Source: Tetramitus jugosus
Lineage: Eukaryota; Protista; Heterolobosea
Assembly: GCA_937625935.1 (NCBI GenBank)
Contig: OW569369.1
Span: 1-64,000, forward strand
Length of the DNA: 64,000 nucleotides
Direction of reading: 5' to 3'
Shown: one piece after another, positions 11,827 to 22,897 of the stretch
Position numbering within the stretch: the first letter of the stretch is position 1
How the letters are laid out: every line of letters begins with the position of its first letter
Notes under the pieces: generated by a model
Databases searched by the model: none
Told to the model about the DNA's origin: nothing
Seen by the model: the letters and a program-made list of their open reading frames with translations, nothing else
Position numbers and translations under genes: made by a program

Positions 11827-13695
11827 ATGTCACGTGCTTACTCGGTCATTTGTTTGTTCCTGCTCATCTTGATGATAGAAGTATGCAGTGCCGGTGGTAA
11901 GAAAGGTAACCCAAAGTATCACATTCCTGCACATTACTATTGCTCTTCTGTACATGCTGGGGACAATACAACACGTTTGTATTCCGTGACTTATTATATT
12001 AATCATTATATTGAGAAAGGTCAGGTTTCTTTACGTTCCTTTGGTGATGATGTTGCCCAGATAGAAATTAATTTTGGGGGACTTTATGGGAGAGTTGAAT
12101 ATAATACAATGTTAACTGTTGTGAATTGGAATGATAGTATCGTAGTATCTAGTAATACTACTATTAATGTGAATACTGGGCTGTTCCAGTTACAAGTATT
12201 ACCGATGAAGTATAGAAAAGATAAATATTATCAGAAGAATATGAAATATTATACAGTTAATTTTGATAGAATACAACAAGAGATTTCTATAGAGTATATT
12301 AGAGTTGAGACAAAAAATGGGACGAATACAACTATCATTCCAGATGACAAACTATGTACAGATTACTCTGATAGTAATACAATGTATTACTATTATTTCC
12401 AGCCAAGTTACTCACTCTCATCTGTGATTTGTGCAGTGTTTCTAGCATCAGTTAGTTTAGTGACATTGTTTTTGCAAATCCTATTCAGAAATTATAAACT
12501 TGTTCGAAGCAGATTATTATCTGAAATACCATGCAACATTGCGATATTGGCAACTGATCTAATGATGATAGCTGGGTATTCAGCAGATATTTACTACATG
12601 AACAAACGAGGTGTGAGGAATATTCCAGTCATTGTCATGTTGTCATACATTAGATCTTGGTTTATGTATGCTGCATGTTGGTGCTATATTCTGAACTCTC
12701 TCAGATATTTGTATATGCTCAATTTCTATCGGTTAATGAAACAAGGAAGAGATATGATGAGATTTCAAAGAATACTTACCTCAAAATTAATGTTTGTAGT
12801 TGTACTAAGTGTTGCTGGTTTTGTGATGATTGCTGCATTGAGTATTATTGGTGGATTTGTTGGAATGACAACTATTGTAACTCCTGGATTAATTAGCTCC
12901 ATTGTATCTGGAGGATCTGCCGCAGTAGTGCTGATCACTGGTTTATCATGCATTATTATAGAGATGATAGCTTCTCGGTCAATAATTAAGAAACATGGTA
13001 TAATCGCTTATTTCAGAAGAGACCCTCTCTACATCAAACTGCAGATGTTTACACTGCTGCCTAATATTGTGATTGCTGCCCCATATGCAGTACTGTGTAC
13101 CATTATTGATGCCAACTACACAAGTCTCTCTCTTACAAATTTCATTGTAGTTGTGAATGCATTGTTGTTCATTGCATTTGGATTATTAGCTCGCTTAATG
13201 ATGAGTGGTGTATTCATATGTAGTCTGCAACTCTGGTTACTATTGTTTCAAAAGAAAGAGGAAAAGAAGGATGATGAAGTACTGTTCTTATCCTTGATGG
13301 AGATCCCAGAATGCTATGACATGATGGTAGAGTATTGTAGATATGAATTCTCACTGGAAAACTTCTTGTTCTGGAAGCACATGAAAGATTTAAATGAAAC
13401 CTTGGGATACGCTACACTCACAAAGATTGCAGACTTGTATTTGAAGCCATACAGTCCTATGCAAGTCAATCTACCAAATAGTATTATCACCAAATACTTT
13501 GCATTAATGGACTCTGTGAAAGAACAGGAGAATCAACAGGTTCATGTGAATGAGATCCACAAGATAGTAATGCCAGATGTATTGTTAAATCTGAATGACA
13601 CATTCTCAAGGTTCCGTACAACGAAAGATTTTATAGAGTGGCAGCAGAATCACGATGCCTCTAAGCATTTAATTGAATCCCAATTTGCACTGTAA
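11827..13695 (+). CDS. Signal peptide + extracellular domain + ~7 TM + C-terminal RGS domain protein (7TM-RGS)
   Basis: Hydrophobic N-terminus, multiple TM segments, RGS motifs EYCRYEFSLENFLFWK, YLKPYSPMQVNL, NLNDTFSRF. Confidence 0.85.
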   Translation: MSRAYSVICLFLLILMIEVCSAGGKKGNPKYHIPAHYYCSSVHAGDNTTRLYSVTYYINHYIEKGQVSLRSFGDDVAQIEINFGGLYGRVEYNTMLTVVNWNDSIVVSSNTTINVNTGLFQLQVLPMKYRKDKYYQKNMKYYTVNFDRIQQEISIEYIRVETKNGTNTTIIPDDKLCTDYSDSNTMYYYYFQPSYSLSSVICAVFLASVSLVTLFLQILFRNYKLVRSRLLSEIPCNIAILATDLMMIAGYSADIYYMNKRGVRNIPVIVMLSYIRSWFMYAACWCYILNSLRYLYMLNFYRLMKQGRDMMRFQRILTSKLMFVVVLSVAGFVMIAALSIIGGFVGMTTIVTPGLISSIVSGGSAAVVLITGLSCIIIEMIASRSIIKKHGIIAYFRRDPLYIKLQMFTLLPNIVIAAPYAVLCTIIDANYTSLSLTNFIVVVNALLFIAFGLLARLMMSGVFICSLQLWLLLFQKKEEKKDDEVLFLSLMEIPECYDMMVEYCRYEFSLENFLFWKHMKDLNETLGYATLTKIADLYLKPYSPMQVNLPNSIITKYFALMDSVKEQENQQVHVNEIHKIVMPDVLLNLNDTFSRFRTTKDFIEWQQNHDASKHLIESQFAL

Positions 13696-14359
13696 TCAAA
13701 TACAATTTATAGCCTAGATAAAAGTTGTTCTCGGATGTCAGAAGACGGGAGGAAAACAGTAGACTGGTGCAATAGGATCAAACTCCTCGATCTGATAATT
13801 GAACTCGTCAGTAAACAGCACAACAACGGAAAAAGAACAGTTGGGTACAGACTAATGCTTTAGAAGGAACTGTACTAAAATATCAAGCCTATGTGTTTTG
13901 GTAATCCGTCACTGTCTCTGCGTCAATCGGTACTTTGCAATTCGCTTGAACATTTCTCTTCAAGAGCCCAAGATTTGAACTTAAACAACACCATTAGACA
14001 ACTTGAAGAAGATTCTTAAGGAAATTCAGAAACAAACTGACACTGTTGGAGGAGGTCCTGTTCAACATGCAGTTCAAGCTTTGTCTTGGGTGTCCAAATG
14101 TACAACTTGAACATGGGGATTCCACTCGGGGATTCAGAATTCCAACCATCTGATGGGGTAAAAAATAGTCTTAACGCAGAATGATATTAATAGTGCTCCT
14201 TAATTTGTACATTTTACTGTATCCTCACAAGTTTTTTCCAAAATCAGTATCAACATGTTCTAGTATGGTGAAGAATATTCTATCTTATGCCATACTAGTT
14301 TAATTATTCTAAAGATCTGTAAAGACTTGATCCAAAAGACAACTTATTTATCCACACAA

Positions 14360-15682
14360 ATGAAAGTACTGTGGATCATCGTATTACTATCAGTAATACT
14401 AGTACTACTGGTCTATCGAACACATGGACAGACATGCAATTGTCCGCCTACTTTGCAATGTTGTGTGAGCGGATCGTCGGCCAGTTGTTACAATCCCTCG
14501 CAGTACAGTTGTTTTAATGGACAATTATGTCCAGCTGGTACATTGGCGTGTGGCAAGGCTTGTTACACGAGCACTCAATACGATTGTGTGAACGGTCAAC
14601 TAGTTCGAAAGGGATCAACACCACCACCTCCTCCACCACCTCCTCCACCTCCTCCTCCACCACCCCCTTCACCACCACCCCCTCCACCTCCTCCACCACC
14701 TCCCCCTTCACCTGGTCCTGGTTGTGCGACTGTGAACTGTGGATCACTGCAATGTTGTTCGGGTGCATGTTTTAATCCATCTCAGTATAGTTGTTTTAAT
14801 GGACAGCTTTGTCCAGCTGGTACATTGGCGTGTGGCAAGGCTTGTTACACGAGCACGCAATACGATTGTGTGAATGGTCAACTAGTTCGAAAGGGATCAA
14901 CACCACCACCTCCACCACCACCTCCACCACCTCCACCACCACCTCCACCTCCTCCACCTCCTCCTCCACCTCCTCCACCTCCTCCATCTGGTAATGTTAT
15001 ATTTGAAGATCAGTTTAATACTATCGATTTATCGAAGTGGTCATACGAAGTTCCCAGTTTTGACAATGGAAATGGAGAGAAACAAACATATGTAGACACT
15101 CATGCTGCTACAAATAATGGTATTCTGACAATTACTGCTACAAAGATTGCCGGAACAAATCGATGGCTATCATCTAAACTCCTAACTAAAGACAAATTCT
15201 TCTTCAAGTATGGTACAGTTGAAGCACGAGTAAGAATACCATTCCTTGGACCTGGACCATTCCCTGCAGTTTGGCTATTCCCAGAGTTTTCAGTTTATGG
15301 AGGCTGGCCAGCATCTGGCGAAATTGATCTGATGGAGTATGAAGCTGGATGGAACACGCCACAAGGTCCTCAGACATTTAGAGGACTTCACTTCACAACT
15401 CGGAACGGTGGAAATGCATTTGGCAGAATGATGCAGCATGATATGAGTCAGTGGAATGTGTATGGGGCACAGTGGACAGAAACGTACATTGCATTCTTCC
15501 TAAATGGAGCTGAAATTCTAAGATACAACAAACCAGCGGGAGCAGATTTCAAAACTTGGCCATTTGATCAAGAATTCTATCTGATTATTAATATGGCAAT
15601 TGATCCATGGTGGGCACCTCAGAGTCCTCCATTGACAACATCATGCTCAATAGAGGTAGATTGGATCAGAGTGAGACAGTAA
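14360..15682 (+). CDS. Secreted GH16 beta-1,3-glucanase with two Cys-rich CBM52-like modules and polyproline linkers
   Basis: Signal peptide MKVLWII; duplicated CxNPSQYSCFNGQLCPAGTLACGKACY..QYDCVNGQLV; GH16 WPASGEIDLME catalytic motif and WPFDQEFYLIINMA. Confidence 0.9.
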   Translation: MKVLWIIVLLSVILVLLVYRTHGQTCNCPPTLQCCVSGSSASCYNPSQYSCFNGQLCPAGTLACGKACYTSTQYDCVNGQLVRKGSTPPPPPPPPPPPPPPPPSPPPPPPPPPPPPSPGPGCATVNCGSLQCCSGACFNPSQYSCFNGQLCPAGTLACGKACYTSTQYDCVNGQLVRKGSTPPPPPPPPPPPPPPPPPPPPPPPPPPPPSGNVIFEDQFNTIDLSKWSYEVPSFDNGNGEKQTYVDTHAATNNGILTITATKIAGTNRWLSSKLLTKDKFFFKYGTVEARVRIPFLGPGPFPAVWLFPEFSVYGGWPASGEIDLMEYEAGWNTPQGPQTFRGLHFTTRNGGNAFGRMMQHDMSQWNVYGAQWTETYIAFFLNGAEILRYNKPAGADFKTWPFDQEFYLIINMAIDPWWAPQSPPLTTSCSIEVDWIRVRQ

Positions 15683-15899
15683 TAGTTGTATAACACTTTT
15701 CCTAAAATGGCGTTCTAGTTCTCGAGATTGTGTCAGATCAGGCAAGACAAATCATGTATAATGGGTCAACAACAAGGTTGTGAATAGAAAGAGAGTCTTC
15801 TTTTCGGGGTAAGTGTAACTAGAAACGAAAAGCAAAACATGGCGGTTGTGATCATTAGGATTATGTAGATATGATATACTCAATTAAAATTGTAAATAT

Positions 15900-16205
15900 T
15901 CATCGTAACGTCTCGTAGTGCTTGATAGAATGGAGTACCTTTCGATGGGAGTCATCAACTCGTTTCTTCAATTCTTTAGCCAGCTTAGTTCCTCTTTTCA
16001 TCTCCAAGTGGAGCAAGGAAAGAATATTCTTGGAGGCATTGATGTCTCTATTGCGAGTTAAACACTTAGTGGTTGCACACTGTTTAACACCTCTAACAAC
16101 AGACTCTTTCATCAATCCTTCTTTGTCTTTTCTTTGATGCTTGACTGAAGTCAGATGACTATGACACCCACAACAAACTTGGCTCGTCAGAAATTCATCG
16201 ACCCT
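15900..16205 (-). pseudogene. C-terminal Fanzor fragment (RuvC-II, Zn finger, RuvC-III), same family as the 55659-57587 gene
   Basis: VDEFLTSQVCCGCHSHL..VKH.R...SVVRGVKQCATTKCL..NRDINASKNIL..L..EM aligns closely with the intact copy; no Fanzor similarity upstream of ~16205. Confidence 0.85.
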
Positions 16206-16908
16206 TTCGGTGCAGGATCGTTTTCTTGGTAACAACTCCAAAATCTTCCATTATATTTAAAAGGTCATTCATCACATCAGAACTTGCCGTCTCTTTGAAG
16301 GAAGAGGCCCTCAAATCCGGACTGCAACAAGCAAACAAAACCCAACCATAAACAACGTCAGGCATGTTTATTTTGCTGGCAAGAATCACTTCGGTCTCAA
16401 ACCAATAATATGACTATTCCTCTCCACTATGACATTGACTCAGTGACTCGCAACCCTCGAAGAATGCCAGTGTATTAGATCAATATAGAGAGAATCGCTT
16501 GTACATGCTATTTGTTTGATCCTGGTATCATGAGTGATGATAATTCTTCAGCGTTCGTTGTTGCTGTTGAGAATTGGTCAATGGTATGGTACTCCTCAAA
16601 CTCATTCTTTGGAACGGAAGATGTATGTGTCTATGCTAGTGGATACAACGCGGATCACTACGCGGTACTCCGTGACGGTTCCCCAAAGCTTGATTTTCTA
16701 ACTAGACAAGTGAAACACTTGTTTGGTTATGTGAGCGCGATGATGACATCTATAAAACAATGAAAGGTACAGTGGGCACAGCACGTCTGAACCTATCTAT
16801 ACAACTTCATTATTAAGACAACTTGAGATATGGTCCACCAAATTGCGGGAGCTGATTTTATCATTTTTCGAGTAGGGAAGTGAGAGTATAGTATCAGTGT
16901 TCAACTAT

Positions 16909-17430
16909 TCATTCAAATTGGTCAAATCCACCTCTTCTGAAACTAGCCTTCTTTCTGGCATCAGTTCTTTCCCTCTGTTTTTGCTTTGGTCGACTTGATT
17001 CCCCATCGCCTGTCTGTAAATCTCTATGCACCAAACCAACCTCATAATGTTGCAGTGTACTACTATCCTTGCTGATTTCCAGATTGAGTTCTTCAGCCAT
17101 TCGAACAGCCATACTAACAGATCTATGCTTTCCCTTTTCACATCCAAATGCGAAAACATGTTGCTCATTGTTGTCCGTCTCCTTCAACTTTTTCAGGATA
17201 TTCTCCTTACATTCATTGAAATAATGTGTTGCAGATTCATTGGAGAAGAAATCACTCCTCAAATCCTTGTTCTCTCCTGTGAATCTGTCCCGTAAGCTCT
17301 TGCATGGATTCGACAAGTGCCTGCAGTTGAAAATGGTAACTTGCTGACTGGATTCTAGAAATTTGAATCCTTTGCCATTACTGTAACCAAATGACACTAA
17401 AATGACACTCTCATTTTGCTGTGATTCCAT
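16909..17430 (-). CDS. Stand-alone RapZ C-terminal-domain protein
   Basis: LVSFGYSNG, FNCRHLSNP, TG, AFGCEKGKHRSV and VHRDL motifs of the RapZ/YvcJ CTD; likely start MESQQ. Confidence 0.8.
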   Translation of the reverse strand: MESQQNESVILVSFGYSNGKGFKFLESSQQVTIFNCRHLSNPCKSLRDRFTGENKDLRSDFFSNESATHYFNECKENILKKLKETDNNEQHVFAFGCEKGKHRSVSMAVRMAEELNLEISKDSSTLQHYEVGLVHRDLQTGDGESSRPKQKQRERTDARKKASFRRGGFDQFE

Positions 17431-17567
17431 TTTATCAGTGTTCTTCTTGTTTCGTCGTAGAAGAAGGAACTCGAGCACAAAATTCAGAGGCACCAGCAAG
17501 ATAGAACGCGCTGGACATTCGTATGAACTATCTCAATTTGTTCCGAATGTTGTGACTAAGTTAATGT

Positions 17568-19632
17568 TTATTTCAGCTCCAGAATGTCAATCTTGACCAT
17601 TTCTTCCCCTTCATCATCTGATCCATCTGATGATTCTCCATCCGATGAGTAGGAACCTTGCGTGCTAGGTCCACCTGGCAACAACATCTGTTTCGAAGCC
17701 AGTTTGCGATAATATCCCTCTGGCATGTTCACCAACTCCAGATGAGTTCCCATCTCCTTGATCTCTCCCTTGTTCATCACAACAATGACGTCAGAGTCAA
17801 TGATAGTTGACAAACGATGGGCAATGATGATTGATGTTCTTCCTTCCATCAACTTGTTCAATGCTTCTTGGACAATTGATTCGGACTGAGTATCCAGAGC
17901 ACTCGTAGCTTCATCGAGTAGCAATAGTTTTGGATCTTGGATCATTGCTCGAGCAATGGCAATTCTTTGCTTTTGACCACCGGACATTGAAACTCCTCTC
18001 TCTCCCAACATTGTGTTATAGCCATCAGGAAGTGCCATGATAAAGTCATGTGCATTCGCTGCAATGGCTGCATCAATAACTTCTTGCTCTGACACTTCTC
18101 TTCCCGATTGTTGCACGGCATACAAGATGTTTTCTCTGATGGTTGAAGCAAAGAGTGTAGGTTCTTGTGTCACAATACCAATATTTCTGTGCAGCCATCT
18201 TGGATCGATCTCATTCAAATTGTTTCCATCCAAGATAATCTCACCAGAATCGGCTCGATAAAACTTTTCGAGAAGACCAACGATCGTCGACTGGTTTGGT
18301 TGAAGAAATCGATTAATATGAATCTACAGTAACAAAGAACCAACAGAAAATACCTACCTTTCCTGATCCTGAAGCACCCACCAAGGCAACTGCTTGACCA
18401 GGATGAATTGTTAGATTAAAATTTTTCAAAACTTGAGTGTTAGGTCGTGTGGGGTAGGAGAATGTTACATCTTTGAACACAATGTGACCCACGACTTTTT
18501 CTGGTTGAAGTCCACCACTAGGGTTCAGTATTGGATCTCTTCGAATGACTTTCAAAAGATCTCGGATATTCTGGGAGGCTTTACCAAATTCTGGCAGAAT
18601 CTTAAGACCATTGGCAATTCCTAACACACTCATCAGAATATAACTAAACACTTGAAACATGGTTCCAATCGTGATTTCACCCTTCACCACAAGGGTTCCT
18701 CCATACCAGAATCCCAGGGCGATATCTCCATAATTGAGGAAAATAGCCAAGGGGACTGTTGCTGCAAGAACAGTAGCCTTAAACAAGTAAATCTTATGAT
18801 TTTCGAGCAATTTTTGGTAAAATCTGCTCTTCTCCCTTTCTTCACCATCCATGGATCGAATCGTTCTCATAGAACTCACAACTTCATTGGAAATGTTTGC
18901 TGCTTGTCCGTTAATTTGATTAATCTTTTTCTGAGCAGCTGTAACTCCAACACCAGTCATCGAAAGAAGGACAACAAAAAGAGGAATAATTGATATCATC
19001 ACCAAAGCCATCTTCCATCCTGCAACCAAAGCCATAATCATTCCAAACAACATCTGAGTGAAGTGCATTGTTAATTCTCCAATTTTGTTCGTGTACGTTT
19101 CTTGAACCAACTCCATCGATTCCGTCATATCATTGATCAACTGGCCTGTTCTCTTCATATCAAAGTATCCAATCTCTTGATTCATTAGGGAATCAAAGTA
19201 TGCCTTCTTGAGACGAGTACCTATTCTTCCATGAGCCAAATTCAAGAAGAAGAAGAAGATGATACAAGCAAAAAGAGCTCCCACAGCAATGTAAGACATC
19301 TTTGTAGCTAAATCGTTCATGACAACACTTGACGTTGCCAAAGATTTGATACCAACTGCTTGGCTCACAATAAGTGAGGTAGGGACCGCTGTTGAAGCCG
19401 ATGAGGACATTCCGTCAATCATATCACCCATGATCATAAATAACAGAATTGGAATACAACCAAACCCAGCAGATCCCACCAACCCAAGTAAGATGAGAAT
19501 ACTTTCTGCTCCAAAGTACCACCAAACCATGAGAGGATTTACATTCTTGGGGTCGGCAGGATCTTCGAAATCCTTTTTCGGTTTCGTTTTCTTGAAAGTC
19601 TTAATGCTCTTTTCTCTCTTATGACGACCCAT
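17568..19632 (-). CDS. ABC transporter B-family half transporter (TMD-NBD), one intron 18291-18357
   Basis: Six-TM domain, GASGSGK|ST split by a GT-AG intron, MSGGQKQRIAIARA, LLLDEATSALD, AHRLST. Confidence 0.95.
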
Positions 19633-19977
19633 TGTTATGTATAGTACGATTTAGTTATCAGTTATTTGTTGTTTGAATTGTTGCCGGGTACTGAACGAAC
19701 GTCGCTTTTTGTTGGGCTCCCAGGTCCGCTTAAGATCCGCTTTAAAATGCGCTTTAACCTGCGCAGGCCAGCGATGGCATTTCAGACTATTCCACCTCCA
19801 ACCGGCACGGACAATAGTAGTGCCTACCCGTTGAAGAGGCTCAACGGCAGCTTTAGTCCAAATAGCCGAAGAAGAGGAGTGGTGTTGGATGGATGGAATT
19901 TCCTACTTCTGTCCCGATCTGCGCACAAATCTTTCAACCAAAAACGACCCAACTTGAACAATCAGTGGCCACCACCA

Positions 19978-21753
19978 ATGAATGATTCATTGATCCATAA
20001 CACCTCTGCACCATCATCATCCTCACAACAAGAACAACGACACTACAGAATCGCATGTCAAGCATGTCGTTCATTGCACAGAAAGTGCGACAAAATTCTT
20101 CCCAGTTGTTCCCAATGCATCGCCAATCAGAGAAGTTGCGAGTACACACCACCCAAAAAACGTATCCGATCAAAAAGAAAACGACCACAGAATGAACCTT
20201 CACAAACGACCCAAACGAATGAAAAACGAATGAGAGAAGATTCTCTCGGTCCAATCAGTACGATTGACAATCCAATGACGATCACCTTGGGCAGCAATGA
20301 TAATAATAATCCTATTTCAATTGTTCCGAATCAGTGTACTAGTCAGAATCTTTGTGAAGTGGATCACAATAATCATAATGTGGAGATGAATCGAGTACCA
20401 GCTAATCCTGAAGTCCCATTCAAAACATCTGATTTGGTCAATTTCTATTACAAAGAGTGCAGTGCAGAGTGGAATTTAGTTCCGAAGCATTTGATTTGTG
20501 AAGCTGTAGCTGCTGCCGAAAACAAAAAGTTAAATCATCAAGAGAGTGACAACACAGCAACGATTGCTAGTGTTAATCAGTTTGATTTGCATGTGAATGA
20601 GGCTGTCTGGTGCAGCGTACAAATGATGTCTTTGGGTCGAATTGTATCAATGGAGCGACATGAGGAAGAAATGGAGAGGAGAGTGATCAATATTGTTCAA
20701 CAACTGCGTCGCATATGTAAAATGCTCCTGTTGCGTGCCGATATATTCGATGCCATACCCAATAATGAAAAATTGGCTTGGGCAGCCATGAACATGTCCA
20801 TTTTTGAAAGAGTGCATGAAAATAGGGGAGCGTATGCACAATGGATGGGCCTTGTGAAATCCTATTTAAAATCAGCTCAAGTCCCTACTGTGCAATTAAA
20901 GGCATGTTACGAAACTTTTAAATGGAGAACAGATTGTGCACGAGCAGATGCACATGGTTTGAGAGGATATGACTTGATTTTAAAATCACTGAGGAAGAGA
21001 CTTCGATTGAATGAAAAGCTTGTAAAACTTGGTTTATGGAATGCCAATTCGACCGGTAATCATTTGTTGGAAGAGTTGATCAGTGTATTAGTAGCGAGAA
21101 TATCAAAGAAGGACCAATCTACAGACTTGGTGGCAACATCAAGAACGTTAGACTTATTGCAACAGCTTGTTGACGCGATTCCTAGCGTTGCTGTGAAACT
21201 TGATGCTATCAGTGGCAAGATGGATTGCTTATTGAATGAGGAGTCAAGGTTGTCTCCAGAAACATCGAATGAGGATCTGAATCAGCTCTACAAGCTTAAA
21301 CGACAAGTTAGCGACCAAATATCACTCTTTCTTGCAAGTTTTCCCTCCTTGCCTCTGGATACTCTATGGATGATCAGACAAGTATGTGTGGCAATATCAG
21401 TTCACTATCAAGCTGCACTGAGAGGGGAACCAGTGCTAGATATTCTAAGCGTTGATGTAAGGATATTAGAACTGTTAGAGATATCACGAAAATTACCTGA
21501 GAAGGGTGTCTCTCTTTTAAGAGACGTAAAGCAATGGATTGCAGATCAATCACGACAAACCATAGTTCGCCCGAACACGCAGCCACATGATCAACATCAA
21601 TACTTGAACTTAAATACGAATGTTTCCTCCTTTGTCGATTCAGATTTACCCATGGATGCCTTGCTGCTTGACGATGCAACTGTTTTACAGATTCTTGCTG
21701 ATTTAGCGCCAGCAAACTCGATCCTAGATGCCAATTTTATGAACTTGTTTTAG
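19978..21753 (+). CDS. Zn(II)2Cys6 binuclear-cluster transcription factor
   Basis: ACQACRSLHRKCDKILPSCSQCIANQRSCEY followed by a basic NLS; start uncertain (ORF open from 19666). Confidence 0.85.
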   Translation: MNDSLIHNTSAPSSSSQQEQRHYRIACQACRSLHRKCDKILPSCSQCIANQRSCEYTPPKKRIRSKRKRPQNEPSQTTQTNEKRMREDSLGPISTIDNPMTITLGSNDNNNPISIVPNQCTSQNLCEVDHNNHNVEMNRVPANPEVPFKTSDLVNFYYKECSAEWNLVPKHLICEAVAAAENKKLNHQESDNTATIASVNQFDLHVNEAVWCSVQMMSLGRIVSMERHEEEMERRVINIVQQLRRICKMLLLRADIFDAIPNNEKLAWAAMNMSIFERVHENRGAYAQWMGLVKSYLKSAQVPTVQLKACYETFKWRTDCARADAHGLRGYDLILKSLRKRLRLNEKLVKLGLWNANSTGNHLLEELISVLVARISKKDQSTDLVATSRTLDLLQQLVDAIPSVAVKLDAISGKMDCLLNEESRLSPETSNEDLNQLYKLKRQVSDQISLFLASFPSLPLDTLWMIRQVCVAISVHYQAALRGEPVLDILSVDVRILELLEISRKLPEKGVSLLRDVKQWIADQSRQTIVRPNTQPHDQHQYLNLNTNVSSFVDSDLPMDALLLDDATVLQILADLAPANSILDANFMNLF

Positions 21754-21980
21754 AGACACATATACCAAGTGTTTCAGCTGAAGTCTTGCTGTACTCTGAA
21801 TTGGGCGGCAAAAAAGCAGTTGGGTAGATTCTCGTCGGATTTTAGGTGTCAAAGGACTTGTCTCGAGATTGAACATGGGAATTACCCAAAGGACCAAAGG
21901 ACTTTAGCGCGGGAGTGGAATTCCAAGAGACAAAAGCAAGAGGCACAGAGAAAAACAATAGCAAACACAAATAGAAAGAA

Positions 21981-22820
21981 ATGAATCTTTACCAAGTAAT
22001 ATTATTCGTCACTGCTATTGCATTTAGCATTTACGCTGCTTCAGCAACGTCGTGTGTCACCACTCCATCTGCAACAGAAGGCCCTTACTATGCCAGTGGA
22101 ATGCCCTTCCGTAAAAACATCACTGAGGGAAAACCAGGACTACCTGTCATACTGGAATTGACAATCGTGAACAAGACAACTTGTGAGCCTGTTCCTGGTG
22201 CTACTGTTGAAATTTGGCACTGTGATGCTCTTGGCATCTACAGCCACTATGAGGAAGCAAGCAACAATATTCGGAATCCAAAGACTGATGACACCACGTA
22301 TCTCCGCGGTAAGCAATACGCCAACTCGAGCGGTATTGCCACCTTCGAAACTATTTACCCAGGATGGTATGTGAGCCGTGACACTCACATTCATATGAAG
22401 ATTTACAATGGTGAGAAGGAAGTGCTCACAAGTCAACTCTTCTTCTCCGACACTCTCTCTGATCAAATTGGACTGCTCTCTCCGTACAGCTCTCACAAGG
22501 TTGAAAGAACAAGACTGGACGAAGATAATGTGTATTCTGAGGGTGATATCATGTTGACGATTACTAGAATGCAAAGTTCATTAGAAGGTGGATTGATTGC
22601 ACAAGGAACCGTGGTAGTGGATTTCGAATCAACAAGTGGATCAAATAGACCAGATGGAACCAATTGGTCAATCATCGTTCTCGTCGGAGGAGCAATAATC
22701 ATTGCTATTATTGTTTTGTGTGCATTGGCTTACGGTGTCAAAGTATACCTCTCAAAACGACAGAAGCAGAACCACCATCATTTGGTTGAACAGTATGAGC
22801 AAGCAGATGAATTGATATAA
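21981..22820 (+). CDS. Intradiol ring-cleavage dioxygenase-like protein with signal peptide and C-terminal TM helix
   Basis: EGPYY, VEIWHCDALGIYS, LRG, TIYPGWY..R.THIH motifs; hydrophobic N- and C-terminal segments. Confidence 0.88.
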   Translation: MNLYQVILFVTAIAFSIYAASATSCVTTPSATEGPYYASGMPFRKNITEGKPGLPVILELTIVNKTTCEPVPGATVEIWHCDALGIYSHYEEASNNIRNPKTDDTTYLRGKQYANSSGIATFETIYPGWYVSRDTHIHMKIYNGEKEVLTSQLFFSDTLSDQIGLLSPYSSHKVERTRLDEDNVYSEGDIMLTITRMQSSLEGGLIAQGTVVVDFESTSGSNRPDGTNWSIIVLVGGAIIIAIIVLCALAYGVKVYLSKRQKQNHHHLVEQYEQADELI

Positions 22821-22897
22821 TTCTTCTGTCTGTCGAGCCACGTTCTTCGAAATTAGGAACAAAAAATTGTTGTGATAAACACCTTTTTCAGCTTTAT

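Noticed and set aside
16205-16800. Upstream continuation of the Fanzor remnant
   Set aside because: Translation shows no RuvC-I (GIDPG) or other Fanzor similarity; appears to be unrelated decayed sequence.
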